A stretch of 61,206 nucleotides of DNA, the filler included. It is 9 parts of 9 records of this genome, joined end to end, with 100 filler letters (N's around TTAATTAATTAA, not from the genome) between each part and the next. Parts side by side here need not be neighbours in the genome. Positions count along the whole stretch, not along the records: positions 5,843 to 11,120 come from SRR31147125_84344; positions 11,221 to 20,314 come from SRR31147125_84597; 7 more parts are not named here. The stretch is one strand, 5' to 3'. Under the pieces are notes generated by a model, which was given only the letters and a program-made list of their open reading frames with translations, made no database searches and had not been told where the DNA came from. Positions within the stretch are counted from its first letter, which is position 1. Every line of letters starts with the position of its first letter. The position numbers were made by a program, and so were the translations under genes. Of the stretch, positions 8,997-18,655 are shown in pieces.

Positions 8997-11068
8997 ACCC
9001 AAGTCGTATGCCCCAGCCCCACACACGCATTGCCGTGATCGGTCTCCCGAATACGGGAAAGACATTGATATTCAACAGTCTGACCGGAGATTACAATCTG
9101 GTCGCCAATTGTCCCTTTACCACCATCCATACCAAAACGGAAATTTTTGAGATCAAATTCGATTCCGGGATGGATCCCAAACGGTATGAACTGATCGACA
9201 CCCCCGGTATCTTTCGATTTCACACCTACTCCGAATCTGAAATGATGACCCGGGATCTCTTGCTCTCAGAACCGCCGGACATGATCATTCAATGTATGGA
9301 TGCCGGGCAGCTCAAGCAATCTCTCTCCCTGACAGCGGATCTGCTGGAGCTGGGGATTCCTCTGGCGGTTTGCCTCAATGCCATTGACGAGACCTCCAAA
9401 AAAGGTATTTCCGTGGATTCGACGCTGCTGAGCCAATTGCTGAAGGTGCCGGTGGTGGAGTCGGTGGCCACCAAGGGCCAGGGAACAGACGCATTGAAAG
9501 AGGCGATTATGGAATTGGATGGGAAGAGAAAAGTGAGCCCTCCCCTCCTCTCTCAAAAAACGGCATCCGGTCACTCAGCATCAGCGTCCGATCCGATCCC
9601 GTCCGCCCCTACCGCGTCCCATTTCTCCGAAAATGATGTGGCTGCCCCGTTCCATTTTCCCTATCCGGATCGGATTGCCGCGGGAATTACCGAGATTCGA
9701 AAGCTCTTTCCCCCATCGCTTTCCCACAAGACCATATGGGCCCAGCTGCTCTTTACCCACGATCCCTTTGCACAATCCCGTCTGGAGCCCCACTGTTCCC
9801 AGGGCGAATTGGACAAGATTATGGGAAAAGTCCATGAGCTTCGACAAACGTTCAAGGGCAATATCACGTTGGAAATCAACAAGATCCGCAATCGATGGAT
9901 CGACGATATCGTTTCCCAGGTGATTCGGAAACAGAAAATCGAGCTGGAAGATTTTTCCAAGGCCATTGCCGGTGCGTGTCGCCATCCGATTTTCGGGGTA
10001 CCGGTCCTTTTTTTCATCGTCTATCTGATGTTCCTGTTGGTGGTTCATGTGGCCAATAACATGGCTGCATGGATGGAAGCGTCGATGTGGGTTCCGGTGG
10101 AATCGTTTATCTCTCAGCGCCTGCCGTCGGGCTTTTGGCACGATTTTCTCATTGGTGACTATGGGGTGCTCTCCCTTGGCGTGGCCAATGCCGTCATCAC
10201 GGTACTGCCCATTTTGTCGGTCTTTTTCATTCTCTTCAACATCCTGGAAGATATGGGGTACATCCCCAATCTAACCGTGCTGACTCGGCGAATTTTTCAA
10301 AGGATCGGTCTAAGCGGTGCATCGGTCATGCCTTTGGTTCTGGGATTCGGCTGTAAGACCATGGCGACCATGACCACCAAATCCCTCCAATCCCCCAGGG
10401 AAAAGTATATCTCCATTTATCTCATTGCCTTTGCCATCCCTTGTGCCGCACAGATGGGGCTCAACATGAGTATCCTGGGACGGATGGGGACCACCGCCTT
10501 TATCATTGTTTTTTCGGTGCTCTTTTTTGTGGAAATTGCCGCAGGATTGCTACTGAACATGCTTCTCGAGAAGGAAGATCGCTGCTTTTTCATCCAGGAA
10601 CTGCCTCCCATCCGAATGCCCGATCCCAAAGCGGTTCTGGTGAAAACCTATTATAAGCTTTACTGGTTTTTGAAAGAATCTCTGCCGGTCTTCATCTATG
10701 CAGCTCTGGCCCTGTTTGCCATGGATCGACTGGGAATCTTAAACGGTGCAAAACAGATATTGAGTCCCGTCATGGAGGGATTTTTGGGATTGCCTTTGGA
10801 AATGGTGGATGCCCTCATCCTCTGTATGGCCCGGCACGAAGCGGCCGCCGGTCTCATCATGAACCTGATCGATGCCGGTAAGCTCGATTTCATTCAATGC
10901 ATTGTGGCGGTCACCATCACTACCATGTTCATTCCCTGCTTTGCCAACATCATGGCCATGATTCACGAATTGAAGTGGAAAAGCGCATTGGGAATGGCCC
11001 TGGTGATCAACATCAGTTCATTCATCATTGCCGGTGCGTTGAACTGGGTACTTCTCGGGATTTATTAG
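8993..11068 (+). CDS. feoB: Ferrous iron transporter FeoB-like protein
   Basis: G1 GLPNTGKT, G3 DTPG, G4-like NAID; gate motifs LGFGC, IPCAAQ, ELPP, FIPC. Confidence 0.85.
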   Translation: MNPSRMPQPHTRIAVIGLPNTGKTLIFNSLTGDYNLVANCPFTTIHTKTEIFEIKFDSGMDPKRYELIDTPGIFRFHTYSESEMMTRDLLLSEPPDMIIQCMDAGQLKQSLSLTADLLELGIPLAVCLNAIDETSKKGISVDSTLLSQLLKVPVVESVATKGQGTDALKEAIMELDGKRKVSPPLLSQKTASGHSASASDPIPSAPTASHFSENDVAAPFHFPYPDRIAAGITEIRKLFPPSLSHKTIWAQLLFTHDPFAQSRLEPHCSQGELDKIMGKVHELRQTFKGNITLEINKIRNRWIDDIVSQVIRKQKIELEDFSKAIAGACRHPIFGVPVLFFIVYLMFLLVVHVANNMAAWMEASMWVPVESFISQRLPSGFWHDFLIGDYGVLSLGVANAVITVLPILSVFFILFNILEDMGYIPNLTVLTRRIFQRIGLSGASVMPLVLGFGCKTMATMTTKSLQSPREKYISIYLIAFAIPCAAQMGLNMSILGRMGTTAFIIVFSVLFFVEIAAGLLLNMLLEKEDRCFFIQELPPIRMPDPKAVLVKTYYKLYWFLKESLPVFIYAALALFAMDRLGILNGAKQILSPVMEGFLGLPLEMVDALILCMARHEAAAGLIMNLIDAGKLDFIQCIVAVTITTMFIPCFANIMAMIHELKWKSALGMALVINISSFIIAGALNWVLLGIY

Positions 11069-11070
11069 TA

Positions 11071-11120
11071 CCTTAGAAATAATTTTTGCGTTTTTGGGGC
11101 AAGAAATTATTTCGTTAAGG
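11071..11120. repeat. Imperfect inverted repeat (terminator or miniature repeat end) at the contig edge
   Basis: CCTTA-GAAATAATTT-TTGC ... GCAA-GAAATTATTTC-GTTAAGG directly after the feoB stop. Confidence 0.5.
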
Positions 11121-11337
11121 NNNNNNNNNNNNNNNNNNNNNNNNNNNNNNNNNNNNNNNNNNNNTTAATTAATTAANNNNNNNNNNNNNNNNNNNNNNNN
11201 NNNNNNNNNNNNNNNNNNNNGAGCATTCACCCTTCGTTGAGAGTAGGCCACTCATGGGTGTTTATATGATCATCCCTGCCTTTACAGGCTTCCGGATTTT
11301 CACGATTTGTTGTGGCAAAAGGGTTTTCCCATGGCCG

Positions 11338-12843
11338 TTATATTAATTTTCCATCATAAAGCGGTTCGTGTCCCCGAAGCATGGAGAGATTATCCAGGAA
11401 ATGGGGCGCCTCTTTTGTCAGTCTGCCGTACACATTCAGTCCGGTCTCGATCCATGCTTTTATCCATTGGCAATAGTGCAGGTTGGGAGAGAGCAGATTC
11501 CCCTGCCGGATCGCGGCTTCATGGTAGCATCCCCCGGCACAGATGGAGGCGGCCCAACATCCCTTGCAGGCCGCCTTTTTATCCAATCGTGCATGTTGCC
11601 TGAAAGTGGCCAGTTTCTTCTGATCGAAACCGTCAACGAGATCCCCCATTTGAGCGCTGTCATCGTGGGTTAGCCGCTGACAAAGAAACAAGTCGCCTTT
11701 GGGGTCAACGGCAAACATGCCCATCCCCGCTCCGCAGGGATACCGTCTCACCTCGCCTTCATGGAGATTCACCAGCAGATCCACCAGGTTGGTGAATCCC
11801 AGGAATCGATTTTCGAGTGCCCACGCGACAAATTGCTCGGACAGGGATTGAAACGCTTCCAGTAGACGGTTCATCTGGAACGCATCCAACTGGTAATCCG
11901 ACCCGCAGGTGGTGACCGGCGCAAAGCCCACTTCAGCAAACCCAAGATCCAGTAGGTGGTGAAGGGTGGCGGACAGATCCGTGATATCCTGTGCCAGGGT
12001 CACCCGTGCCACAACCGGCTTGGCATCTCTCTTTTCCAACAATTTCTTCAAACCCGGCAGGATGACGCCATAGGATGGCGAGCCGTCCGGAAACCGCCGG
12101 AAGCGGTCGTGTGCGTTTTCGTCTCCATCCAGGCTGACGGTCAATCCCACGGTGTGTTCTTTGAGCAACGAGATGATTTTATCGGACAAGAGGGTGCCGT
12201 TGGTGGTCATGGCATAGTCGATCTTTTTTCCTTCGGCTTTTGCCTTGTCATCGGCATAGGCAATGGTTTTGGAAATGAGTTTGAAATTGAGAAGCGGCTC
12301 GCCGCCAAAGAACACCAGAACCAGTTTTTTAAGATCGCCGCACCGGTCAAACAGGAAATCGACGGCTTTTCGGGCGGTGGTCCACTCCATTGACTGCGGT
12401 GTGGGGGGACCGCCCATTGAGTTGTCCCTCTTCCCGGGCTCATGATAGCAGTAGCGGCACATCAGATTGCACGACTCGGTAACATGCAGCACCAGGGTGT
12501 TGACGGGCATCTCTTGATAGGCCACCTCCCTTTTATTCGTTGGGCGTACGGCCGGTGTCAGAACGCGGGCTGCGGCAAGCTCATTCCACAGGTCATCGGT
12601 CTCCGACGGATCCTTCACCGAGTCCGACGACAACGTCTTTCCCGAACCTTCTGCTAAATCGCTTTTCATAATGGAATGAAATTCCGTTTTTGTGAAAGAA
12701 CGATTGGATATGTCATGATCGAAGATTTTTCGGACCTCGGAATCCGCCTCCAATTCGAATATGCTTCCGGTGCCGGTCAAAAAAACAAACTCTTGATCTT
12801 CAGTCGCAAACCGTTTGTGATCGGCAATTTTTACCATTTCCAT
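11338..12843 (-). CDS. qhpD: Radical SAM/SPASM maturase of quinohemoprotein amine dehydrogenase (QhpD/PeaB)
   Basis: CNLMCRYC, FFGGEPLLN, SPASM CGAG...C...CKGC..ICAGGC...C; immediately downstream of qhpA. Confidence 0.85.
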   Translation of the reverse strand: MEMVKIADHKRFATEDQEFVFLTGTGSIFELEADSEVRKIFDHDISNRSFTKTEFHSIMKSDLAEGSGKTLSSDSVKDPSETDDLWNELAAARVLTPAVRPTNKREVAYQEMPVNTLVLHVTESCNLMCRYCYHEPGKRDNSMGGPPTPQSMEWTTARKAVDFLFDRCGDLKKLVLVFFGGEPLLNFKLISKTIAYADDKAKAEGKKIDYAMTTNGTLLSDKIISLLKEHTVGLTVSLDGDENAHDRFRRFPDGSPSYGVILPGLKKLLEKRDAKPVVARVTLAQDITDLSATLHHLLDLGFAEVGFAPVTTCGSDYQLDAFQMNRLLEAFQSLSEQFVAWALENRFLGFTNLVDLLVNLHEGEVRRYPCGAGMGMFAVDPKGDLFLCQRLTHDDSAQMGDLVDGFDQKKLATFRQHARLDKKAACKGCWAASICAGGCYHEAAIRQGNLLSPNLHYCQWIKAWIETGLNVYGRLTKEAPHFLDNLSMLRGHEPLYDGKLI

Positions 12844-12886
12844 GGGATGATCCTACTTTGATAACGATTTTACCAAGTTCTTGATC

Positions 12887-14524
12887 TTATTTGATGTGGG
12901 GGATGAAATCCGGCACCGTGACCGCAAGTCGAACCCTGTCCGTGAGGGCTTTGCCATTATCCTCAAAGCTTGCTTTGACGGCGATGAGGCCCACGCCTTC
13001 TCGGTTCTGTTTTCTGGCTTTGATGGGGCCGTAGGTGGTGATCGGGGTATAGAGTCCGTTGACCATGGCGGTATTGAGGTAGGTCATGTCATCGTCGTTT
13101 TCCCGAGTTTTTTCCTCTTCTAGGGACCACTGGGCATCCACGGGATCCAGCACCAGATCATCGGCGGTGCCCTGTTTACCGTCGGCACCGAAATGGATGC
13201 CCCTGGCCACAAACTGAACACCCTGGGGCGGATAGGCCGCACCGCTGCTGACCCTGGCGCGTCCGATTCTGGGAGAGACGGTGATGGCGTCGATTTTATC
13301 AAACAGCTTCAAGCCCTTGAAGGTCAGGCCGGCCAGGGTGACGTCGGCCATGCCCACGGCAGCACCTTTTGCCACATTGACGGTGCAAACCACACCGCTT
13401 TTCGTCGTCTCCACAATCTTTTCCACAGTGATGTCGGCATCTGAAAATGTGATGTCGGAGGTGGTCGGATTTTCAGGAAATCCCACGCCCACCAGTGTCA
13501 GCGTTTGAGAGGTGCCGGCATCGATTCTGAGCGCCTGGGGATAGGCCGCGATAATTCGTGGCTCTCCATTGGCGCGGTAAAACATCTCATTTCCGTAGGC
13601 ATTGGTATCCTGGACCACGGTCCACCATTTGCCTGAAAACCCCGATGTGGCGGCATCCAGATCAAAAACCCCTTCGATTCGTCCGGTTAATGCGGTTGGG
13701 GCCAGGGCATACCGAAGGTGGTATTGGCTGAACAGGGTCGCTTCTCCTTTGGTGGAGACGGTCAGTCCGTTCTCATATTGAATGGTTTTCTCCAGAAGAT
13801 ATTCGTCATCTCCCTTGGCCGTATTGGGCGAGATGGTGTAGAGACCTTTATAGTACCCCATGCCGGGTTGGTATCCTCCGATGATCCAGGATCCGGTCAA
13901 ATCTTCATTTTTTCTATTCTTCAGCCATTGGGTGTACTCAGGCGTATCAAACGGGAAGAGTTTGGTCAGATGAGTGTTCAGCTCTTTGGACTCATTGACC
14001 CAATCCATTTCACGCATTTGGGGGACAACGGTTGGATAATAGCCCAGGTGAAGATTTCGGATCTCACCCCATTGGGACTCGGTCATTCTGTGGGATGCGA
14101 TTTTTCCGTAAGTATGGCATCGAACGCAAGCGGTGTAGATCCTTGTTTCCAGATCATTTTTGGGGATCTCTCTGTACTGGCTGTTTTCATCACTGTTGAT
14201 ATAAGCGATTTTCCGGGACTCTTCCGGTGTGAGGCAAAGGGTGTGACCGAGCTCCTTGATCACGGGATAGAAATCTTCGTCATCAAGGATGGCGCTGTTG
14301 AGTCGGATCATGCGAATCACCACGTTTTTCCACTCTTGCGTACTCTTTCGGGTTTCTTCAATGACCTCGAGACGCCCTTGGGGATCGGGTTTGTGGCAGG
14401 CGGCGCATTTCTGTCTGACCATGGATTGTTCGCCGAAAAGTGCTTCAGCCGAGGCAATGGCGCCCGATAACAGGGACACCGCCATGAGGATGGCAACACC
14501 ACCCCGTAGAATCATTTTTTTCAT
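12887..14524 (-). CDS. qhpA: Quinohemoprotein amine dehydrogenase alpha subunit (di-haem c)
   Basis: Signal peptide, CAACH and CVRCH haem motifs, C-terminal Ig-like domains with ARV..G and GADGKQGTADD, end RLAVTVP. Confidence 0.85.
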   Translation of the reverse strand: MKKMILRGGVAILMAVSLLSGAIASAEALFGEQSMVRQKCAACHKPDPQGRLEVIEETRKSTQEWKNVVIRMIRLNSAILDDEDFYPVIKELGHTLCLTPEESRKIAYINSDENSQYREIPKNDLETRIYTACVRCHTYGKIASHRMTESQWGEIRNLHLGYYPTVVPQMREMDWVNESKELNTHLTKLFPFDTPEYTQWLKNRKNEDLTGSWIIGGYQPGMGYYKGLYTISPNTAKGDDEYLLEKTIQYENGLTVSTKGEATLFSQYHLRYALAPTALTGRIEGVFDLDAATSGFSGKWWTVVQDTNAYGNEMFYRANGEPRIIAAYPQALRIDAGTSQTLTLVGVGFPENPTTSDITFSDADITVEKIVETTKSGVVCTVNVAKGAAVGMADVTLAGLTFKGLKLFDKIDAITVSPRIGRARVSSGAAYPPQGVQFVARGIHFGADGKQGTADDLVLDPVDAQWSLEEEKTRENDDDMTYLNTAMVNGLYTPITTYGPIKARKQNREGVGLIAVKASFEDNGKALTDRVRLAVTVPDFIPHIK

Positions 14525-14612
14525 AAATCCTTTCTCCGTTAAGTTTGATGTTGTTATTTTTTCCTCAACGCAAAACTTCTAAATTCAAAGTTTTACTGAT
14601 CTTGGGTTATGT

Positions 14613-14628
14613 TCCAATTCCCATGCCA
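14613..14628 (-). promoter_or_regulatory. Putative sigma54 promoter for qhpA
   Basis: Minus strand TGGCAT-GGGAA-TTGGA: -24 GG intact, -12 GC replaced by GG; a divergent sigma54 activator gene is adjacent. Confidence 0.5.
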
Positions 14629-14697
14629 CTTGAGGGAGGATTTATGGGGTATTGTGTCTGCCTGCCATTTAAGCGGTTCATATTATAGGGAAAAAGA

Positions 14698-14718
14698 TGC
14701 CGCAATTTTATTGCGGCA
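14698..14718. promoter_or_regulatory. Perfect 9-bp palindrome, candidate operator or enhancer
   Basis: TGCCGCAAT-TTT-ATTGCGGCA in the qhpA/activator intergenic region. Confidence 0.45.
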
Positions 14719-14911
14719 ATCATGATCTCGGCTGTAGATTTATTGATTCATCTGATTGATTCGCTTTTTTGGAATCATGGGGCCGGCTGAAGTCCAAAAA
14801 ATGGATTGTTTCTGTAAATAAGAACGTGGTATGAGGTGTCTCTGTGAATAGGAACAGGTTTTGAATTGAAAAAGTTACAAGATAATAAACGGTTATCTGT
14901 GATTTTATGTT

Positions 14912-14929
14912 TGTCCGGTTAATTGGACA
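14912..14929. promoter_or_regulatory. Candidate enhancer-binding-protein site
   Basis: TGTCC-N8-GGACA palindrome; a weaker related site lies at 14792-14806. Confidence 0.4.
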
Positions 14930-15002
14930 GATGGAAGTTCGTTGGATGAATCCGGATGGTAACGGTTTATGACATCAAGATCGAAAGAGATGCAGGAGGC
15001 CC

Positions 15003-16403
15003 ATGGCCGCTATTTTAATTGTTGATGATGATCCGATGTTTTTCACCCCTTTTGTCAAATATTTGGAAAAATTGGGGCACCGGTGTCGGGTCGCGGCAGA
15101 CTTTTTTCAAGGGGCCGCCCTTGTCCGTGAGCACTATTTTGATATCGTATTTCTCGATGTGGTACTTCCCGATGCCAATGGACTGCAAGGGATTCACACC
15201 TTTATCGATTCCCATTCCTCCCCCGAACTGATCATCATTACGGGACAATCCGAGATGTCCGGAGCGGAGATGGCCCTGGTCAACGGCGCATGGGATTATC
15301 TGGAAAAACCGCCGCTCTACGATAAGGTGAAATTGACCTTGAAGCGGGCATTGCAATTCAGAAAAAACAAAACCATCCCAGCGGGTCGGGAGCAACTGAC
15401 GCCGGATTTTATTGTGGGGCAGAGTGTCAAATTGAAAAAATGCCTCGATATTGCGGCAAAAGCCGCCCAGACGGAAGGGACTCTCTTCATTACCGGTGAG
15501 ACCGGAACCGGAAAGGATCTGTTGGCCACTGCGGTTCATCAGAACAGTCGACGGGCAGATGGTGCATTTGTCCCGGTGGATTGCACCAACTTGCCGGAGA
15601 ATCTCATCGAAACCTTGCTGTTCGGCCATGTCAAAGGCGCATTTACCGGAGCGATGGAAAAGAGTGACGGATTGATAACGCAGGCAGACAAGGGGACGCT
15701 GTTCTTGGATGAAGTGGGGGATCTCTCCCCGGCTGCCCAAAAATCCATTCTCAGGGTCCTGCAAAATAAAACCTTTCGTCCTTTGGGTGCGAATACCGAA
15801 TTGACAAGTGACTTCAGACTCATATCCGCCACCAACAGAAATTTGAGGAAGATGGTGGAAAACGGGCAATTTCGGAAAGATCTCTATTACAGGCTCGTTG
15901 CTCATCATATTGAGCTGCCTCCTTTGAGGGAGCGTATCGAGGATATCAAACCACTGACCCGTCATTATATTCAACAGATTTGCGATCAGCTCGGTATCGA
16001 TGCCAAGGAGGTATCCGGTGATTTCATCGAGACGCTGATGATCTACGATTGGAAAGGGAATATCCGGGAACTGATCAATGTATTGCATACCGCCATTGTC
16101 AATGCGTTGAACGAATCCAAGCTCAACCCCCATCATCTTCCGGTGGAGGTGAGAATTTTTTGCCGTAAAAAAGATTGGGAAGAAAAAAGCTGCACGTTTC
16201 TCGGTTCCGGAGCAAATTCGGAAAGTGAGATCCTCGATCTGCCCAAGCTTAAAGAGTTTCGCCGGATCAACGAGGCTTGCTATCTTGATGCACTCATCAG
16301 GCAATCCAACGGGAAGGTGGAGACGGCATGCAAAATTGCCGGCGTCTCCCGCTCCGGGCTGTACAATCTACTTGAAAAGCATAAAAAAAAGTTGAAGAAT
16401 TGA
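15003..16403 (+). CDS. Sigma54-dependent NtrC-family response regulator
   Basis: REC domain (VDDD, FLD, KP), GETGTGK, GAFTGA, LFLDEVG, WKGNIREL, C-terminal Fis-type HTH. Confidence 0.95.
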   Translation: MAAILIVDDDPMFFTPFVKYLEKLGHRCRVAADFFQGAALVREHYFDIVFLDVVLPDANGLQGIHTFIDSHSSPELIIITGQSEMSGAEMALVNGAWDYLEKPPLYDKVKLTLKRALQFRKNKTIPAGREQLTPDFIVGQSVKLKKCLDIAAKAAQTEGTLFITGETGTGKDLLATAVHQNSRRADGAFVPVDCTNLPENLIETLLFGHVKGAFTGAMEKSDGLITQADKGTLFLDEVGDLSPAAQKSILRVLQNKTFRPLGANTELTSDFRLISATNRNLRKMVENGQFRKDLYYRLVAHHIELPPLRERIEDIKPLTRHYIQQICDQLGIDAKEVSGDFIETLMIYDWKGNIRELINVLHTAIVNALNESKLNPHHLPVEVRIFCRKKDWEEKSCTFLGSGANSESEILDLPKLKEFRRINEACYLDALIRQSNGKVETACKIAGVSRSGLYNLLEKHKKKLKN

Positions 16404-16605
16404 TTTTTTTGAGCGACCTTACCAATGAGTATTTCATGATTGAGCTATTTTTAACGGGCCTGATGAGTTAAGAGATCGGTATTTTGATAAAGTACTCAAC
16501 ATTGCGAATGCTTTTTTGATTGATGAGCTAAGTGTTTGTAAACACTCGGTAGAGCGCGACATTTTAATGAGGGCGTAGAGAGAACATTTTTAATTGGAAT
16601 TGGAT

Positions 16606-17964
16606 ATGAAATTTAATTTTAAAAATTTTGGTTATGTCGATACAGGGACATTGAAGCTGGGAGATTTAACCTTGATTTGTGGTCCAAACAATGTAGGCAA
16701 AACTTATGTGAATTATGCCATATATGGGTTTATTCGACATTTCAAAACGCTTGTCGATATATCTCTAAGTTCCGATAAAATCAGTGCATTGAAAAATGAA
16801 GGATCAATAACAATTGATTTGGAAGAATACAGAAAGCGTTTACCGGATTATATAAAAAGTGCTTCAAAAAAGTACAGTCAGACCCTTTCCGACTATTTCA
16901 ATGCTCCAGATGATTTTTTCGCAAATTCACAACTTGACTTTCATTATGATGATTTTTTAATCGACCTGAATCGAGAGTTCAAACAGACGGCAAGATTCGG
17001 AGAAACCGAGGTTCTTTTGTTTGACAAAGCGCCGAATGAAACCGTGTTGACGGTGGCATTGCAAGTTACTGAAAAAAGCAAGTTACCCAATAGAATTTTG
17101 GAAGATGTTGTGGAGGATGCGATTTCCCGCTGTCTGTTTGCCGGAACATTACCCAAGCCTTTTGTCGTTACATCGGAACGAACGGGTATCGCCTTGTTTT
17201 ATAAAGAGTTGGATATCAGTAAAAACGCTATTCTCCATCATCTATCAGAAACTGAAAAACCGGATCCTGTCTCTATTTTAAATAGTATGAGGTCTCGGTA
17301 TGCCCACCCAATTCAAGACAATATCGATATCATTCGGGATTATGATACGCTTTGCAAACGAAAAAGTTTCCTTCGAGAAGATAGAACAACGTACAAAGCT
17401 GTTTTGGATACTTTATATGATCTTTTAGGCGGCAGCTTCAAAGCAGTCGATAAACAGGTACTTTATTATCCTAGAAAGGAACGAAATCGAGATAAAATCG
17501 GGATACCTGTGTATATTGCATCGTCATCAATAAAATCACTGTTTTTGATCGATTTGTACATCAACTGTTTAGCAGAAAAGCAGGGATTGCTCATCATCGA
17601 TGAACCCGAGCTGAATTTGCATCCTGATAATCAACGTAAGATGGCTGGTTTGTTGGCAAGACTGGTCAACTCAGGAATTAAAGTGATGATAAGCACCCAC
17701 AGTGACTATCTTGTTCGTGATATCAATAATCGGATAATGCTGAATAGTGACGTTGAAAACAAGCAAAGCACCATGAAAAAAGAAAAAATGGTTGATCAGG
17801 ATATCCTACGACCGGATCAAGTGACGGCGTTTCGTCTAAAAGACAATCACGAGATAAAGGAAGTCACTGTAGATCATTATGGTATCAATACGGAAATTTT
17901 TGATGACTTGATTGCCGACGCCAATGAGTTGTCCGATTCGATTTACTATGGCATCAAGGAATAA
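16606..17964 (+). CDS. ABC-type ATPase of the AAA_15/AAA_21 (AbiEii/OLD-like) group
   Basis: Walker A GPNNVGKT, signature-like ASSSIKS, Walker B/D-loop IIDEPELNLHP, switch STHS; no TM segments. Confidence 0.85.
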   Translation: MKFNFKNFGYVDTGTLKLGDLTLICGPNNVGKTYVNYAIYGFIRHFKTLVDISLSSDKISALKNEGSITIDLEEYRKRLPDYIKSASKKYSQTLSDYFNAPDDFFANSQLDFHYDDFLIDLNREFKQTARFGETEVLLFDKAPNETVLTVALQVTEKSKLPNRILEDVVEDAISRCLFAGTLPKPFVVTSERTGIALFYKELDISKNAILHHLSETEKPDPVSILNSMRSRYAHPIQDNIDIIRDYDTLCKRKSFLREDRTTYKAVLDTLYDLLGGSFKAVDKQVLYYPRKERNRDKIGIPVYIASSSIKSLFLIDLYINCLAEKQGLLIIDEPELNLHPDNQRKMAGLLARLVNSGIKVMISTHSDYLVRDINNRIMLNSDVENKQSTMKKEKMVDQDILRPDQVTAFRLKDNHEIKEVTVDHYGINTEIFDDLIADANELSDSIYYGIKE

Positions 17965-17966
17965 TT

Positions 17967-18554
17967 ATGCTCACCGCGATGAAGAAGCTCATAAATCCTG
18001 AAATTGTTTTGGATATCGCAACCGGAGACAAACAGCTAATTCTCAAAGAGTCCGGCCGTGACAGTAAGATAAAAAAATTGTTTATTGAAAGTGTGCCGGA
18101 AACTTCTTTTGCATTTACTTTGGATTATCAACCCGGTGGTCGTGATAATCGAATGTATAAACAACTCTCATGCTATCTCGATATAAGTCAAAAAGATGTC
18201 AATAAAGGCTGTGATCTCATTTTACTATTATCTGAAAAAGGTCATTATACTGTTTTGATCTTTGATTTAAAATCCGGGAAACCCGATATCGCAGATACTG
18301 AAAAACAGTTATTTAATTCAGAATTATTTATTCGCTATTTGATGAGGTTGCTTCAGTGTCATTACGGCATTGATACCCATTGTGTTGATTTCAAACGCGC
18401 TATCGTGACGACTTCAAGGCGAAATGGAATTCCAAAATCGAGCACATATCGACCGAATGAAAGAAGAAAAATGCAATACCCATTTCATATCCATCCGGTA
18501 CGGGTCAATTATAGAAAAGAAGCGCATGTCAATCTTGGTGCCCTCTTGAAATAA
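17967..18554 (+). CDS. Hypothetical ATPase partner protein, possible PD-(D/E)XK nuclease fold
   Basis: Starts 2 nt after the ATPase stop; KGCDLILL...VLIFDLKSG...EKQL pattern. Confidence 0.55.
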   Translation: MLTAMKKLINPEIVLDIATGDKQLILKESGRDSKIKKLFIESVPETSFAFTLDYQPGGRDNRMYKQLSCYLDISQKDVNKGCDLILLLSEKGHYTVLIFDLKSGKPDIADTEKQLFNSELFIRYLMRLLQCHYGIDTHCVDFKRAIVTTSRRNGIPKSSTYRPNERRKMQYPFHIHPVRVNYRKEAHVNLGALLK

Positions 18555-18655
18555 AAGAGTCATGTCATAAGAACAATGATTCAGACAAGTTTAGGTCCCA
18601 ATTGAGTAGAATTTACGGCTCGGCGTGCCGCGCCTACGGAAAAAAATGGAGGGGC

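Noticed and set aside
15015-16304. Long antisense ORFs (also 26124..27128, 49729..50772 and 52623..53465)
   Set aside because: Shadows of well-supported genes on the opposite strand
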